Below are positions 39,960 through 54,566 of a stretch of DNA of 64,000 nucleotides, in pieces. Every line of letters starts with the position of its first letter. The stretch's first letter is position 1. The translations under genes and the position numbers were made by a program. Where the stretch lies: assembly GCA_951406725.2 (NCBI GenBank), contig OX597837.1, forward strand, positions 33,294,001-33,358,000, in the 5' to 3' direction. Below the pieces are notes generated by a model, which saw only the letters and a list, made by a program, of their open reading frames with translations, did no database searches and was not told the DNA's origin. The stretch comes from Octopus vulgaris. Taxonomy: Eukaryota.

Positions 39960-40980
39960 GAGGCTGTGCGGTAAGAAGCTTGCTTGCCAAACACATGGTT
40001 CTGAGTTCAGTCCCACTGCATGGCACTTTGGGCAAGTGTCTTCTACTGTAGCCTCGGGTGGACCGAAGCTTTGTGAGTGGATTTGGTAGATAGAAACTGA
40101 GAGAAGCTTGTTGTGCATGTGTGTGTGTATAAATATGTGTGTGTGTGTGTGTATATAAATATGTGTGTGTGTGTGTGTGTATAAATATGTATGTGTGTGT
40201 ATAAATGTGTGTGTGTGTATAAATGTGTGTGTGCGTGTGTATAAATGTGCGTGTGTATAAATGTGCGTGTGTATAAATGTGTGTGTGTATAAATGTGCGT
40301 GTGTATAAATGTGTGTGTGTATAAATGTGCGTGTGTATAAATGTGTGTGTGTATAAATGTGTGTGTGTATAAATGTGCGTGTGTATAAATGTGTGTGTGT
40401 ATAAATGTGTGTGTGTATAAATGTGTGTGTGTATAAATGTGCGTGTGTATAAATGTGTGTGTGTGTATAAATGTGTGTGTGTATAAATGTGTGTGTGTAT
40501 AAATGTGCGTGTGTATAAATGTGTGTGTGTGTATAAATGTGTGTGTGTATAAATGTGTGTGTGTATAAATGTGTGTGTGTATAAATGTGCGTGTGTATAA
40601 ATGTGTGTGTGTATAAATGTGTGTGTGTATAAATGTGTGTGTGTATAAATGTGCGTGTGTATAAATGTGTGTGTGTATAAATGTGTGTGTGTATAAATGT
40701 GTGTGTGTATAAATGTGCGTGTGTATAAATGTGTGTGTGTATAAATGTGTGTGTGTGTGTGTGTGTATAAGTGTGTGTGTGTGTGTGTTGTTCCCCACCA
40801 CTGCTTGACAACCAGTGTTGGTGTGCTTACGTCCCCATAACTTAGCAGTTCAGCAAAAGAGACCGATAAAGTACAAGGCTTAAAAAGAAAAATAAAGTGC
40901 TGGCATTGATTAATTTGGCTAAAATTCCTGAAGGCTGTGCCCCAGCATGGCCATGGTTAAATGACTGAAACGAGTGAAAA
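39960..40980 (+). mobile_element. SINE A whose internal microsatellite is expanded into a 16-bp minisatellite (~40120-40790)
   Basis: Head and tail intact; unit ATAAATGTG(T/C)GTGTGT repeated about 40 times. Confidence 0.9.
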
Positions 40981-41077
40981 GCTATAAGATAGGCCCAAAG
41001 TTCAGGAAAGGGTTTATACTTGGTTACAGTCAAGCTCAATATATGACTGGTGTTTATCTCATCAGACCCCTGAACAA

Positions 41078-41350
41078 TCATCATCATCATCATTTAGCGT
41101 CCGTTTTCCATGCTAGCATGGGTTGGACGGTTCTACTGGGGTCTGTGGAGCCAGAAGGCTTCATCAGGCCCAGTCAAATCTGGCAGCGTTTCTACGGCTG
41201 GATGCCCTGCCTAACGCCAACCACTCCGCGAGTGTAGTGGGTGCTTTTTACGTGCCACCGGCACAGGTGCCAGACAGAGCTGGCAAACGGCCACAAACGG
41301 ATGGTGCTTTTTATGTGCCACCGGCATGAGGGCCAGGCGAGGCTGGCAAC
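41078..41350 (-). mobile_element. Repeat family D
   Basis: Matches 25910-26155. Confidence 0.8.
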
Positions 41351-41572
41351 AATGAAAAAGATAATTGACCCCAAGGGTACTGATGCTTAAAAAAAACAAA
41401 AAACAAAGGCAGAAGACAGAATACCAAAAGCATTTAGTTCACCAACCTACAAGACCCCTAACAGACAACACAATAATCGAGAGAGCACTATTTGTGAATA
41501 AAAGACAAAATGGTCATAAAAAGAATGCATCTGGTCATACGTATGCCAGATCAGGGCAAACTGAGCTTAACA

Positions 41573-41804
41573 TTAACACTTTAGCATTTAAACTGATCAC
41601 ATCTGACCCAAACATCCTTCTGGTTTTATGGTCAAACTGGCCACTTTCGGCCTCTCTCACACCCACCTTACAATGTTATTTTTAAAATAAACAATCACAT
41701 CTTCAAAACCTCAAAGCTATGAGATAATGCAGGATTAATTCCAAACAATGCGAATGAACAAGCATTACGTTTGACAGAGAAATCTGAATGAAATAAAAGG
41801 TTAA
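41573..41804 (+). mobile_element. MITE family 1 (diverged)
   Basis: TTAA-CACTTTAGC...TAAAAGG-TTAA with a family body. Confidence 0.8.
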
Positions 41805-41897
41805 ATCAAAATTAAAAATTTCAACAAGATGAACAATATTTCCCTGTCGATGCTGACACATCTTGTGAGGAAAATGGAAAAAAAAACAAAACAAATA

Positions 41898-42066
41898 GGC
41901 GCAGGAGTGGCTGTGTGGTAAGTAGCTTGCTAACCAACCACATGGTTCTGGGTTCAGTCCCACTGCGTGACATCTTGGGCAAGTGCCTTCTGCTATAGCC
42001 TCGGGCCGACCAAAGCCTTGTGAGTGGATTTGGTAGATGGAAACTGAAAGAAGCCTGTCGTATATA

Positions 42067-42125
<59 letters not shown>

Positions 42126-42354
42126 TTGTGTGTCTGTGTTTGTCCCCCTAGCATTGCTTGACAACCGATGCTGGTGTGTTTATGTCTCCGTTACTTAGCG
42201 GTTCGGCAAAAGAGACCGATAGAATAAGTACTGGGCTTACAAAAAGAATAAGTCCCGGGGGTCGAGTTGCTCGATTAAAAAGGCGGTGCTCCAGCATGGC
42301 CGCAGTCAAATGACTGAAACAAGTAAAAGAGAGAGAAGAGAGAGAGAGAGAGAG
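41898..42354 (+). mobile_element. Young full-length SINE A flanked by a 73-bp direct repeat
   Basis: 41825-41897 equals 42355-42427 with 1 mismatch. Confidence 0.92.
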
Positions 42355-42832
42355 CAAGATGAACAATATTTCCCCGTCGATGCTGACACATCTTGTGAGG
42401 AAAATGGAAAAAAAAACAAAACAAATATAAAACAAATACAGGGGGTTTTAAATTGGAAACAGAAACAGGGTCTTACCTGAACGAAACGAAAAAAATGTAG
42501 CAAAATAGAATCCCCTCAGACAAGAGTAGAGATGGACTTGTTGGTAAATGGCTTCTAATTAACAACTGTTTAGTTTGTGGTGATTAAAATGCAAGATTCC
42601 GTTGCAAACGCATGGCAAAGTTGATTTGCCACTCGTGCGGAAAATACAAGAGACGGCAGATTAGATTAAATCCATTCTAAATACAGACACACGTTGCCTG
42701 CACGTGGATTACCTACATTACAAGTGTGTATGTACGTGTGTGTGTTTGTATAAATTATGTGCGTGCGTATATATCTGTATAAATGTATGTGTATATTATA
42801 ATGTGTGAATATATATATATATATATCCGGTG

Positions 42833-42890
<58 letters not shown>

Positions 42891-43339
42891 TAGATATTTA
42901 AACATGCGTAATGTATGTATATTGGACAGCACAAAGAAAGCTTGCGCAATCTGCTAGTGTGTGTGTGTGTATATATAAATGTATGTATGTATGTATATAT
43001 ATATATAAATCAGTTAATTGAACCATTAAATGATACAAGACCGGATTATTTTTATGCAGCAGAAAAATAAATATAAGTAAAAAACGAAAAAAAATATGTA
43101 GTAAAAGAGATAAGCCATAAAACAACTAAGTAGATTATTGTCGGCAACAAAATGAAAATACATGAAAAAAAATATACCAGGTTGTTTTCTTAAATAAACG
43201 CATAGATACACATCAGGGGTGTGAGAAGCAGTGGAGGTTGGGACTTCTCAACTAATTCAAAACCCTTAAACTCTGGAGGGGAAGAGGCAAGTTGATTACA
43301 TCAACCCCAATATTTAACAGGTACTTATTCCAATGACCC

Positions 43340-44578
43340 GTGGCTTAGTGGTTAGGATACTCAGCTTAGAAGTGTAAGGTTGTGAGTTCAACTCCTGGCG
43401 ATGCGCTGTGTCCTTGAGCAAGACACTTTATTTCACGTTGCTCCAGTCCACTCAGCTGGCGAAAATGATTTGTACCTGTAATTCAAAAAGGGCCAGCCTT
43501 GTCACACTGTGTTGTACTGAATCTCCTTGGAAACTGCATTAAGGGTATGCATGTCTGTGGAGTACTCACCCACTTGTATGTTAATTATCAGGAGCAGGCT
43601 ATTCTGTTGATCAAATCAACTGAAACCCTCATCATCATAACCGACGGAGTGTCATTTCAATGACACTGAAAGATAGAATCAGAAAAGACTGTGTTAAGTG
43701 TTTTGTCAAACATGCTAGCAAATTCTGCCAGTCTACCACCTTTATTATTATTATTATTAAATAAGTACCGGTTACGCACTGGGGTCGAAATAATTGACTT
43801 AATCCCTTTCTCTGTCCTTGTTTGTCTTCTCTATGTTTAGCCCCCTGTGGGCAGTAAAGAAATAATAATAATTATTATTATTATTAAGGCAGAGAGCTGG
43901 CAGAATCGTTAGCATGCCGGGCAAAATGTTTAGCAGTATTTCGTCCGTCTTTATGTTCTGAGTTCAAATTCCACCAAGGTCAGCTTTGCCTTTTATCCTT
44001 TCAGAGTTGATAAAATAAGCACCAGTAGAGTACTGGGGTCAATGTAATCAACTATCTCACTACCCCAAATTTCAAGCCTTGTGCCTTCAGTAGAAAGGGT
44101 TATTATAAGGGTAGCAAGCTGGTAGAATCATTAGCATACCAGGCAAAATGCTTAGCAGTATTTTGTCTGTCTTTACATTCCAAGTTCAAATTCCACCAAA
44201 GTCGACTTTGCCTTTCATCTTTTCGGGGTCAATAAATTAAGTACCAGTTGCATACTGGGGATCGATCTAATCAACTGGCCCCCTCCCACCAAATTTCAGC
44301 CCTCGTGCAAAGGATTGTTTTTAAGTCTGGTACTTATTTTAGCGGTCACTTTTGCCAAACTGCTAAGCAACAAGGATGTAAACAAACCAACACTGGCCAT
44401 CAAGCAATAGTAGGGGACAAATATACACAAAGGACATATATATATATAATATACATGACGGGATTCTTTCAGTTTCCATTTGCTAAATCCACTCACAAGG
44501 CTTTGGTCAATAGAAGACACCTGTGTAGTGGGATTGAACCTGGCTGGGGAAGCAAACCTTTTACCACACAGCCATACC
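43340..44578. mobile_element. SINE cluster: family C (+, 43340-43652), SINE B array (+, ~43760-44310), SINE A (-, ~44325-44578)
   Basis: Family motifs; the B copies are separated by (TTA)n. Confidence 0.8.
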
Positions 44579-46376
44579 CAATAATTATAATAATCTATTC
44601 CCACCATCATATCAATTATCATAATTTATAATTATTTCCAACAGAGACTCTCCTGGTGTATCAACATAAGATCTCTCACATCATGGGAGAGTTAAATGTC
44701 ATTGAACTGACCTCAGGCCTCGATATTTCTTTAACCCTGGAAGGATTGGAACTCAGAATACAAAAACTTGAAAGTGATTCGCAGTTTCCAGTTACCATGG
44801 TTTCCGGAGCAGGAGCGGGAGGGGGGGGTACTGCCAGCTGGCCAAACAACAGAAGAATAAACGAGATGACATGACAGGGCTCTTAGCAGCGGGAGAATCA
44901 GTTACTGGAGGAGGAGGAGGATGGACATGGAGGATAAGGGGAAGGAGAGGGGTGAGGAAGATGGTGGTGGGGAGGAGTGTGTGCAGGAGTGGAAAGAAGA
45001 TGAGGAGGAGGAGCAAGATGGGGGGGAGGAACAATGAGAAGTGCAGGGAAGTGGGAGAAAGTGGGGGAACAGTGTATTGTTGCTGGTGTTGGACTCACTA
45101 GAGAGCAAACGGTACTTCCCCTCCTGGGAAGCCAACTCCAGCAACAAGCTGCACCGCACCACTGCTTCACAGATGAGCGCTTTTACAGCAGAAGAGGAAA
45201 CAGCATTGTGCAGCTTAAAGAACAGAGAATAATTACATCAAAATTACGCAAATGTCCGTAGCAGCACCAACAAGGGAAACACCAAAACCATCATCAATAA
45301 AAACAAAATTCCGTCCATGGAAGCAGAGAAAAACACGTTAAATGGTAAAATAAAAGCTTAAAAAAAAACAAAAAAAACATGCAAAATATAAACGAAGAAA
45401 ATAAATGAGCCTCAATCAAACTCGTAATTAAAACTTTAAAATCAAAATCTGGAAACTAGGTTTTAAGAGATTTTGCTAATTAAGAAATAATTGTCATTCT
45501 TTTTTTGTTCTTCACACCAGAGTTGTTGAACAGAATAGGTATACTCAGCTATATGTATGGGTATGACATTAAACTGTGACCAGAGGTCAGGTTCCAGCTT
45601 GGGAGTTCCTGAAGTTGTGAGGAGCAAGGGGCCAAACCCTTAATTACCCTAACTCCCACGTAAAAAGCACCATCCGAACGTGGCCAATGCCAGCGCCGCT
45701 TTGACTGGCTTCCGTGCCCATGGCATGTATAAAGCACCAACCAATCGTGGCCGGTACCTGTGCCAGTGGTACGTAAAAAGCACCCACTACAGAAACACAA
45801 ACACACACAAAGCAGACTTCTTTCCTTAAATATTGAAGTTGTCTCCCTTGTTCTTTGGAGAAGAAAAATTATTAACGCTAAAGAATTTTTCCTCCGAACA
45901 TGATGAGAATGATAGCCGTGGCAATGACAACGATGACAGCAACAATGACAACAATAACAGTAATGACAACAACAAAGATGGTGTTAGCAATCCTGTGAGT
46001 GGTGAAGAAGAAAAGGAAAAACTGCTATTCTCACCCTCCCACAACAGACCAACACCACCTAACCCCCTTCTGCTATTTTCCTCCCAGACACCCTCTGTTC
46101 TCCGTTCCATTGGACCATCATAGTGATCTCGGTTTTTGACAATATCCAGGAAATAAAAACATGTCAAGCTGTGAGGTTCGTCAGAATAACCACTCCTCCA
46201 TTTCACACTTAGCAACATTGGAAAAAGAAAAAAAGACAAAAAAAAGACAAAAACAAAAATTCTCTAAAACTTTTCAATAACCAGCCTGGGGAAAGTCATT
46301 GCACAAATTGACCTATATACATAAACACAAATACACACGATATCCACACAAGCATGTGTATCAGTTTCAACAACCA

Positions 46377-47514
<1,138 letters not shown>

Positions 47515-47679
47515 AATGATAAGAGAATAGGAATTATATAATCAACTGTACTTGCCTACCACTAAGTCTGAAGGATTATGTATTTTGAATTCTAACAAGA
47601 GGTTATCAACATAACTATGCCAGAGAGAGAGAGAGTGTGTGTGTGTGTGTGTGTGTTGCTCTGGTGGGTGTGCAGTGTG

Positions 47680-47955
47680 ATCAACAGAAGAGAAGAGTGT
47701 GCTGTCATGGGACGTAGAAGGATGAGGACAGCCATGTAAACAAGTGTCAATTGCTAAAAGTGGAAGAAACATGTGGAAGAAGTAGAGGCAGGAGTGGCTG
47801 TGTGGTAAGTAGCTTGCTTACCAACCACATGGTTCCGGGTTCAGTCCCACTGCATGGCACCTTGGGCAAGTGTCTTCTGCTATAGCCTCGGGCCGACCAA
47901 AGCCTTGTGAGTGGATTTGGTAGGTGGAAACTGAAAGAAGCCCGTCGTATATATG

Positions 47956-47990
<35 letters not shown>

Positions 47991-48325
47991 CTGTGTTTGT
48001 CCCCCTAGCATTGCTTGACAACCGATGCTGGTGTGTTTATGTGCCCGTCACTTAGCGGTTCGGCAAAAGAGACCGATACAATAAGTACTGGGCTTACAAA
48101 GAATAAGTCCCCCCGGGGTCGAGTTGCTCGACTAAAGGCGGTGCTCCAGCATGGCCGCAGTCAAATGACTGAAACAAGTAAAAGAGTAAAGGAGTAAAGA
48201 GTAGGAAGATGTGGGATGAAATGGTGAAGACCAACCTCAACACGTTGATCCCCTCAGAGGAGATGACGGGAGGACGGAGCTGGATGGTCTTATGCTGTGT
48301 TTGATAAAACCTGCCCATCCTAGCA
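47680..48325 (+). mobile_element. Old RTE LINE 3' remnant interrupted by a young SINE A (47786-48202)
   Basis: ..DEDSHVNKCQLLKVEETCGRSR [SINE] RKMWDEMVK.. resembles the RTE C-terminal GRPRKTW region. Confidence 0.7.
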
Positions 48326-48429
48326 GAATTGAGGTCCTGTCAAGCTTTCCTCCCATAATTTGTCTTCTATTTTCTTCGCTTTCTGTTACACCGAACTGAC
48401 ATCCACAGCACCCAACTCATTCCCTATCT

Positions 48430-48658
48430 CTAACCCTTTGGTGTTCAGATTTCTCTATTAAATGTAATACTTTTTCACTCAAATCGTTTTGAATTAACCA
48501 TGCATTATGTTTATAGCTTTGAGGTTTCAATGATCTGATTGTTTATTTTTAGAATGTCACTGTATGTTAGGTGTGAGAGGCTAGATATGGCCAGTTTGAA
48601 TATAAAACATGTAGAATATTTGGGCCGGATATGGCCGGTTTAAACACTAAAGGGCTAA
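48430..48658 (-). mobile_element. MITE family 1 with a non-canonical CTAA target duplication
   Basis: CTAA-CCCTTTGGTG...CACTAAAGGG-CTAA. Confidence 0.85.
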
Positions 48659-49123
48659 TCATCTCTCACACTATTTTCGCTCAGTACACTTCCTACCGTC
48701 TCATATTCACATTGTAGCTGCACATCACATAGGCCATTCACTTGCACACCCGTTCTCGCTCTCTCTCTCTCTCTCCCCCCATCATAGTTTCTTTCTTGAG
48801 TCTACACTCTGCTAAGCTGAGGGAGTCTCATCTTGAGGGTACTTGGTTACCTCACTGGTGCTGGTGCCACATAAAAGGCACCCAGTACACTTTCAAGTGG
48901 TTGGCATTAGGAAAGGCATCCAGCAGTAGAAACCATGTCAAAGCAGACATAGAACCTGGCATAGCCTTCTGGCTCATCTGTTCTTGTCAAACTGTCCAAA
49001 CCATACCGGCATAGAAAAGGGACATTAAATGATGATTTGTGTGTGTGTGTGTCCCCTATCCATGCCAGCATGGAAGATGGACATTAAACAATGATAATGA
49101 TATATCTAGTTTTTACCACTGTG

Positions 49124-49181
<58 letters not shown>

Positions 49182-49347
49182 TTGATTCAAAAATGTACAA
49201 AAAAATGGAGCTGCATCATCATCATCATTATTTAGCATCTGCTTTCCATGCTGGCATGGGCCAGATAATTTGACTGGAACTGGTAAGCTGGAGACCTGCA
49301 CCAGGTTCCAGTCTGATTTGGCATGGTTTCTGTGGCTTGATGCCCTT

Positions 49348-49394
<47 letters not shown>

Positions 49395-51022
49395 TATCTA
49401 TACCCTTCCGGTAGTCAAGATATATCAGATATATCCACAACACCATCTCTTCGATATATATATATAGTTTATCTTATACCGAGAGATTGTATAGATAAAT
49501 TTCCTCTATTTACATAATAGAGGTCTCTTTCTTTCTTTTGTTATCTTACCGTTTTATCAATATATATATAGATATATAGATATATAGATAGACAAACAGA
49601 CAGTGATCCAAGTATGTATCTGATAATTAATCAACCTCAAAAGAATTTAAAAGCAAAGTTGGCTTTGATGTGGTTTGAACTCACAAGAGGGTTCACATGT
49701 TAACTAGGAAAGAGAGAAGGGGAGAGGTGGGGAGGGGAGAGAGGAAGAGTGGTGAGAGGACGGAGGGAGAGTGGAAAGAGGGTGAGAGGGGAGAGGGGAG
49801 AAGGGGAGAGGAGAGAGGAAAAGAGAGAAAGGAGGGATAGAGAAAGAGAGAAAGGAGAGACCAAGAAAAGAGAGAGAGAAAGGAGGGGCAGAGAAAGAGA
49901 AAGGAGGAACAGAGAGAGAGAGAGAGAAAGGAGGAACAGAGAGAGATAGAGAGAAAGGAGGGACAGAGAGAAAGGAGAGATAGAGAGAAAGGAGGGACAG
50001 AGAGAAAGAAGGGGACAGAGATAGGGAGAGAGGGAGAAGGGAAGAGTAATGTGATTACCTTGGAATGTTGAAAACACTAGAGTCTCCCAACACCACCACC
50101 ATTGGTGACAAGGATTTGTGTACTCAAGATAACATTGATATTGTATGTCTATTGGGATAATAAGTCCAAATACACAAAGAGATAACATGCCTAAAATGCA
50201 TCCTGGGGATAATTGGTTCAAATGTACCTAGTTCTGAACAATGCCTCTCTGTATTGACAGTTGCAAAAAAAGGGAGGAGAAAATTCATTAATTGAACCCT
50301 TTCACTCTACCTCAATCATCCACCCCTGCTGCCCTCCTACCATCACCATGTAACCAAATATCATGATCCTTCAAAGTAAGGGAGAGTAGGATTGGGAAAG
50401 GTTATGTTTTCCCTAAAATGTCTAAGTTCAAATGCGGTGATTGAGTGCTCAGGGTGTGAGAACAGAGGCAGCAGGACTAGAAGAGATCCTTTGCAAGCAA
50501 AAGGTCACAAGTTCAAGTAAGGCTAAACATGTTCTTTTATATTGAGGGGGTTTTTTGTCAGATAGGGAAGAAAGATGGAAAAAGAACAAATTTAATTCAG
50601 ACATTCTTCTTTTTTCTTTTCTTTTTTTTTTTTATTGAATTCAGAGCAACAAACGTGAAAGGCAGGCAACAACACCAATGACCTTTACTGGTCTGGCAGT
50701 CCTAACTGGCAGGACTGACAAAAAAGAAAAAAGGAAAAAGAAAAATCACCTCACATACAAAGTCACAGATACATATCAACTACAACTGTCCCACTACTAC
50801 AGCACTATAAACACATCCACAAACAATCATTGAGAGAGATTTAATGCACTCAATACACCCTGGATGTCAAATACTATAGACAACAAAAGAGGCAACAATA
50901 ACATTCTGAGTGAACTTCCTTTAAAATCTTAAAACCAGATCAACTACAACTTTCTCCAGATAAAAGCATGTCCAGAAAATCTGATGCAAACATTTTGCAG
51001 TGGTAAAATTTGCCATAAGAAA

Positions 51023-51400
51023 TCTTTATATATAAAAGAAAGGTTGTGTGTCTGTCTACTCCGATTTAGATTCCTAACTACTCCCACATTTTGCGGTGCA
51101 GTTTAACCATAGTCGTGATTCATATCGAGCCCTTCTGGGTATTAGCGCGCGTCTACGATGAGTCTACGATTTTAAAAATAATTTACCATCATTTTTTTCC
51201 ATTTTAATGCATATTTTTTTAAATATAAGGGAAGTAACTCTCTAAAAATGTCTACGATGAGTCAACGATTTAAAAAAAATTTACCATAATTTTTTTCCCA
51301 TTTTTAATGCATTTTTTGCTATTTTTTGGCTATAACTCTCTAAAAATGCTTTATAGTTATTTCCCTTACAAACCCGAGCAACGCCGGGCGATACTGCTAG
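51023..51400 (+). mobile_element. Non-autonomous Helitron-like element
   Basis: A|TC...CCCGAGCAACGCCGGG..CTAG|T. Confidence 0.88.
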
Positions 51401-51848
51401 TTTCACCATAAAGGAGGCTCACAAAGCAGACTGTAAATTAAATAACTCGTTATCAAGAAATTACCTTTCTCTAATTAGCAGGTTAGTTGATGAAGTTGCC
51501 ATTTTAAGAAAAGAGCTAAGTTTTTTTTCTTCAACTTTCTTTTCAATTCTTTTTTTAGCAACAAATTTTCCAATGGCAAAAATGTTTACGGAGAAATTTC
51601 CTTGAACCAATAGAAAGTATTCTATACTAGACACCTGCTTACTTATAGCCATTTGGCAATCATTGGCAAATTTCTTTGGACCAGTTATTAATCATTTTCA
51701 AAACACACCAATACATGTTACAAAAATACTTTAACCAACTTTGAAAAAGAGCAATGGATGGAGTTCCCACCAAGGAACTTAGAACCAAAGTTTTCAGAAT
51801 TCAATGCAACGATCACCAATATAGATGCTACTATATATACATTCAACA

Positions 51849-52044
51849 AGGCGGCAAGCTGGCAGAAACATTAGCACGCCGGCCAAGATGTGTAGCCGTA
51901 TTTCGTCTGTCGTTACGTTCCGAGTTCAAATTCCGCCGAGGTTGACTTTGCCTTTCATCCTTTCGGGGTCGATAAATTAAGTATCCGTTTGCCTGTCCTT
52001 GTTTGTCCCCTCTGTGTTTAGCCCCTTGTGGGTAGTAAAGAAAT
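51849..52044 (+). mobile_element. SINE B with a ~17-bp TSD
   Basis: TATATATACATTCAACA on both sides. Confidence 0.88.
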
Positions 52045-52243
52045 ATATATATATACATTCAACATTACCACAACAGGTCAAACTATCTCCAGATACCCAC
52101 ACACATACAATACCCTTAGAATATTAAAACAAACAGCCCACCCCACCAAAACACTAATCCTCTGACTCATCTAGGGAAAATCATAAAACATGCTCACGCA
52201 CACGCACACACACACACAGGAATAGATGCAATGAAATGCCCAG

Positions 52244-52500
52244 TGGAGGCACATGGCTTAATGTTTAGGGTGCTGGACTCATGATCATAAAGTTGCGGTT
52301 TCAATTCCTGGATCAGGTGACACGTTGTGTTCTTGAGCAAAACACTTCATTTCACATTGTTCCAGTCCTCTCAGCAGGCAAAAAATGAGTTAATCCTGCA
52401 AGGGACTGGCATCCCATCCAGGTGGGGGGTGGGGGGGATTTCATATGCCATGGAAACTAGGAAACCAGCCCCTTATGAGTCGGTACAACCCCGAGAAGGT
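52244..52500 (+). mobile_element. SINE family C (another tail variant)
   Basis: GGAGGCACATGGCTTAATG.. head and TTCTTGAGCAAAACACTTCATTTCACATTG domain. Confidence 0.72.
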
Positions 52501-53270
52501 AACGGGATGCACACAATCATCACCAATTAAGTGCAAAGGAACAGTGACTGTTGCACCACAAGTCTACCTTGGCTGCGGCTTGTCGCGGTTGTTGCAACAA
52601 AGGCAGAGCACAGAGAGTGGATGCTGGAGAGAATAATACTAGAGCATCCAGCTTATAGGATTCATCTCTGTATCCGGTGGTTGGTGCTCTTCAGTTGGTG
52701 ATCTTCAGTTCAGCAAAGATATGGCAGAACTACAATGAATTTGTATGTGGATGGGTGGGTGGGCTGGTGGGTGGCAGGCACATTGTTTGGTTGACTGTCT
52801 CCATGTCACATGACTGACATCACAACTACTGAAGTGTGTTTGTGCACCACTTGACATCTACAATTATGATCCATCCAATGCATGAGGTGTGTGCCTCCAC
52901 TTAACAGCAACATACACCAATGTGTGTATACAAGTGTGTGTGTAAACAACTCTTATTATTGTCCACAAGACTAGTTTGCAATAAGGCTAAGTATAAAAAG
53001 GTTTCCATAGCAATCTGCACATGTCAAACACACACACACACACACAGCTATACCTAAAACAATTAGACTCTTTAAGACAAATACAATAACACAGTGTGGA
53101 TGTGAGGGAGGTGGGGAGGAGGAGGAGTATGTGGGAGATCAAGAAGGAAAGCTGATAGCAGAGGAGGGGGTGAGGTGAAACTGAGTGGGAGAGAATGAGA
53201 AAGAAAGAGAGAAAGAAAGAGTGAAAGAGAGAGAGAGAGAGAGAGAGAAGGAAAGGAGAGAAAGAGAGAG

Positions 53271-53307
<37 letters not shown>

Positions 53308-54112
53308 AGGAAAGAAAGAAGAGAGAAAGAGAGAGAGAGAAAGAAAGAAGGAAAGAAGGAGAGAAAGAGAGAAAGAAAGAAAAAAGAGAAAGAGAAAGAA
53401 AGAAAGAAGGAAGGAAGGAAGGAAGGAAAAGAGAGAATCAGAGAGAGACAGAAATTCCTTTTGTCATCAATGGCTTAAATTTCTTCTTGTTTTATTTGCA
53501 GGATGTGGGGTAAAAGGGTCAGTACTCATTGGCCATTGCTGGCCCTCCTTGGATTTATAATTGCATTTTCAACTTTTAATAGACTGACAGACACCAAAAG
53601 CAACATTTTAAGCTAATTTTTTTTCAAACACAAACAAAATATATATTTCTATCCTTAGAATACAAATTAAATACATATTCACATAAAAGGACAGGGTGAA
53701 CACTGCCACTGTAATTATCCCAGCACTAATTACTGATTACGTTAAAAAAAAAAAAAAAAAAAAAAAAATTTATATTTGTTTCAAAACATGAAAACTCAAA
53801 TACTGTTTTAAAACAGGAAAAATTCACTTAAAAAGAAAATATAAAGAAAATTAGTGGAACAGAAGGAGAGGCGGGGGACTACTTGCTTGAACAAATATGG
53901 GCAAAAAATACGTTAAGTTAATGAATAATATGCTTTTGATTCTTTTACAAAGTATGGGATGCAATGCTAGACATGTTTCCGTCTTGTTAGTCCTCTTCAG
54001 TGAAGCCAAGACTTCACCACTGTACTTGCACAAGTAATAACGTGAGTTACTGAGTAAATGTATGAGAAGATACATCTGTCAGAGTAGAAAAAGTGGAAAA
54101 TATTCTACAGTT

Positions 54113-54529
54113 AGGTGCAGGAGTGGCTGTGTGGTAAGTAGCTTGCTAAACAACCACATGGTTCCGGGTTCAGTCCCACTGCATGGCATCTTGGGCAAGT
54201 GTCTTCTGCTATAGCCCCGGGCCGACCAATGCCTTGTGAGTGGATTTGGTAGACGGAAACTGAAAGAAGCCTGTTGTATATATGTATATATATATATGTA
54301 TGTGTGTGTGTGTGTGTGTTTGAGTGTCTGTGTTTGTCCCCCTAGCATTGCTCGACAACCGATGCTGGTATGTTTACGTCCCCGTCACTTAGCGGTTCGG
54401 CAAAAGAGACCGATAGAATAAGTACTGGGCTTACAAAGAATAAGTCCCGGGGTCGATTTGCTCGACTAAAGGCGGTGCTCCAGCATGGCCGCAGTCAAAT
54501 GACTGAAACAAGTAAAAAGAGTAAAAGAG

Positions 54530-54566
<37 letters not shown>

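Noticed and set aside
44790-46200. Short ORFs in unique G-rich and N/D-rich sequence
   Set aside because: Low complexity with no domain or consistent splice signals; possibly regulatory, but unsupported.
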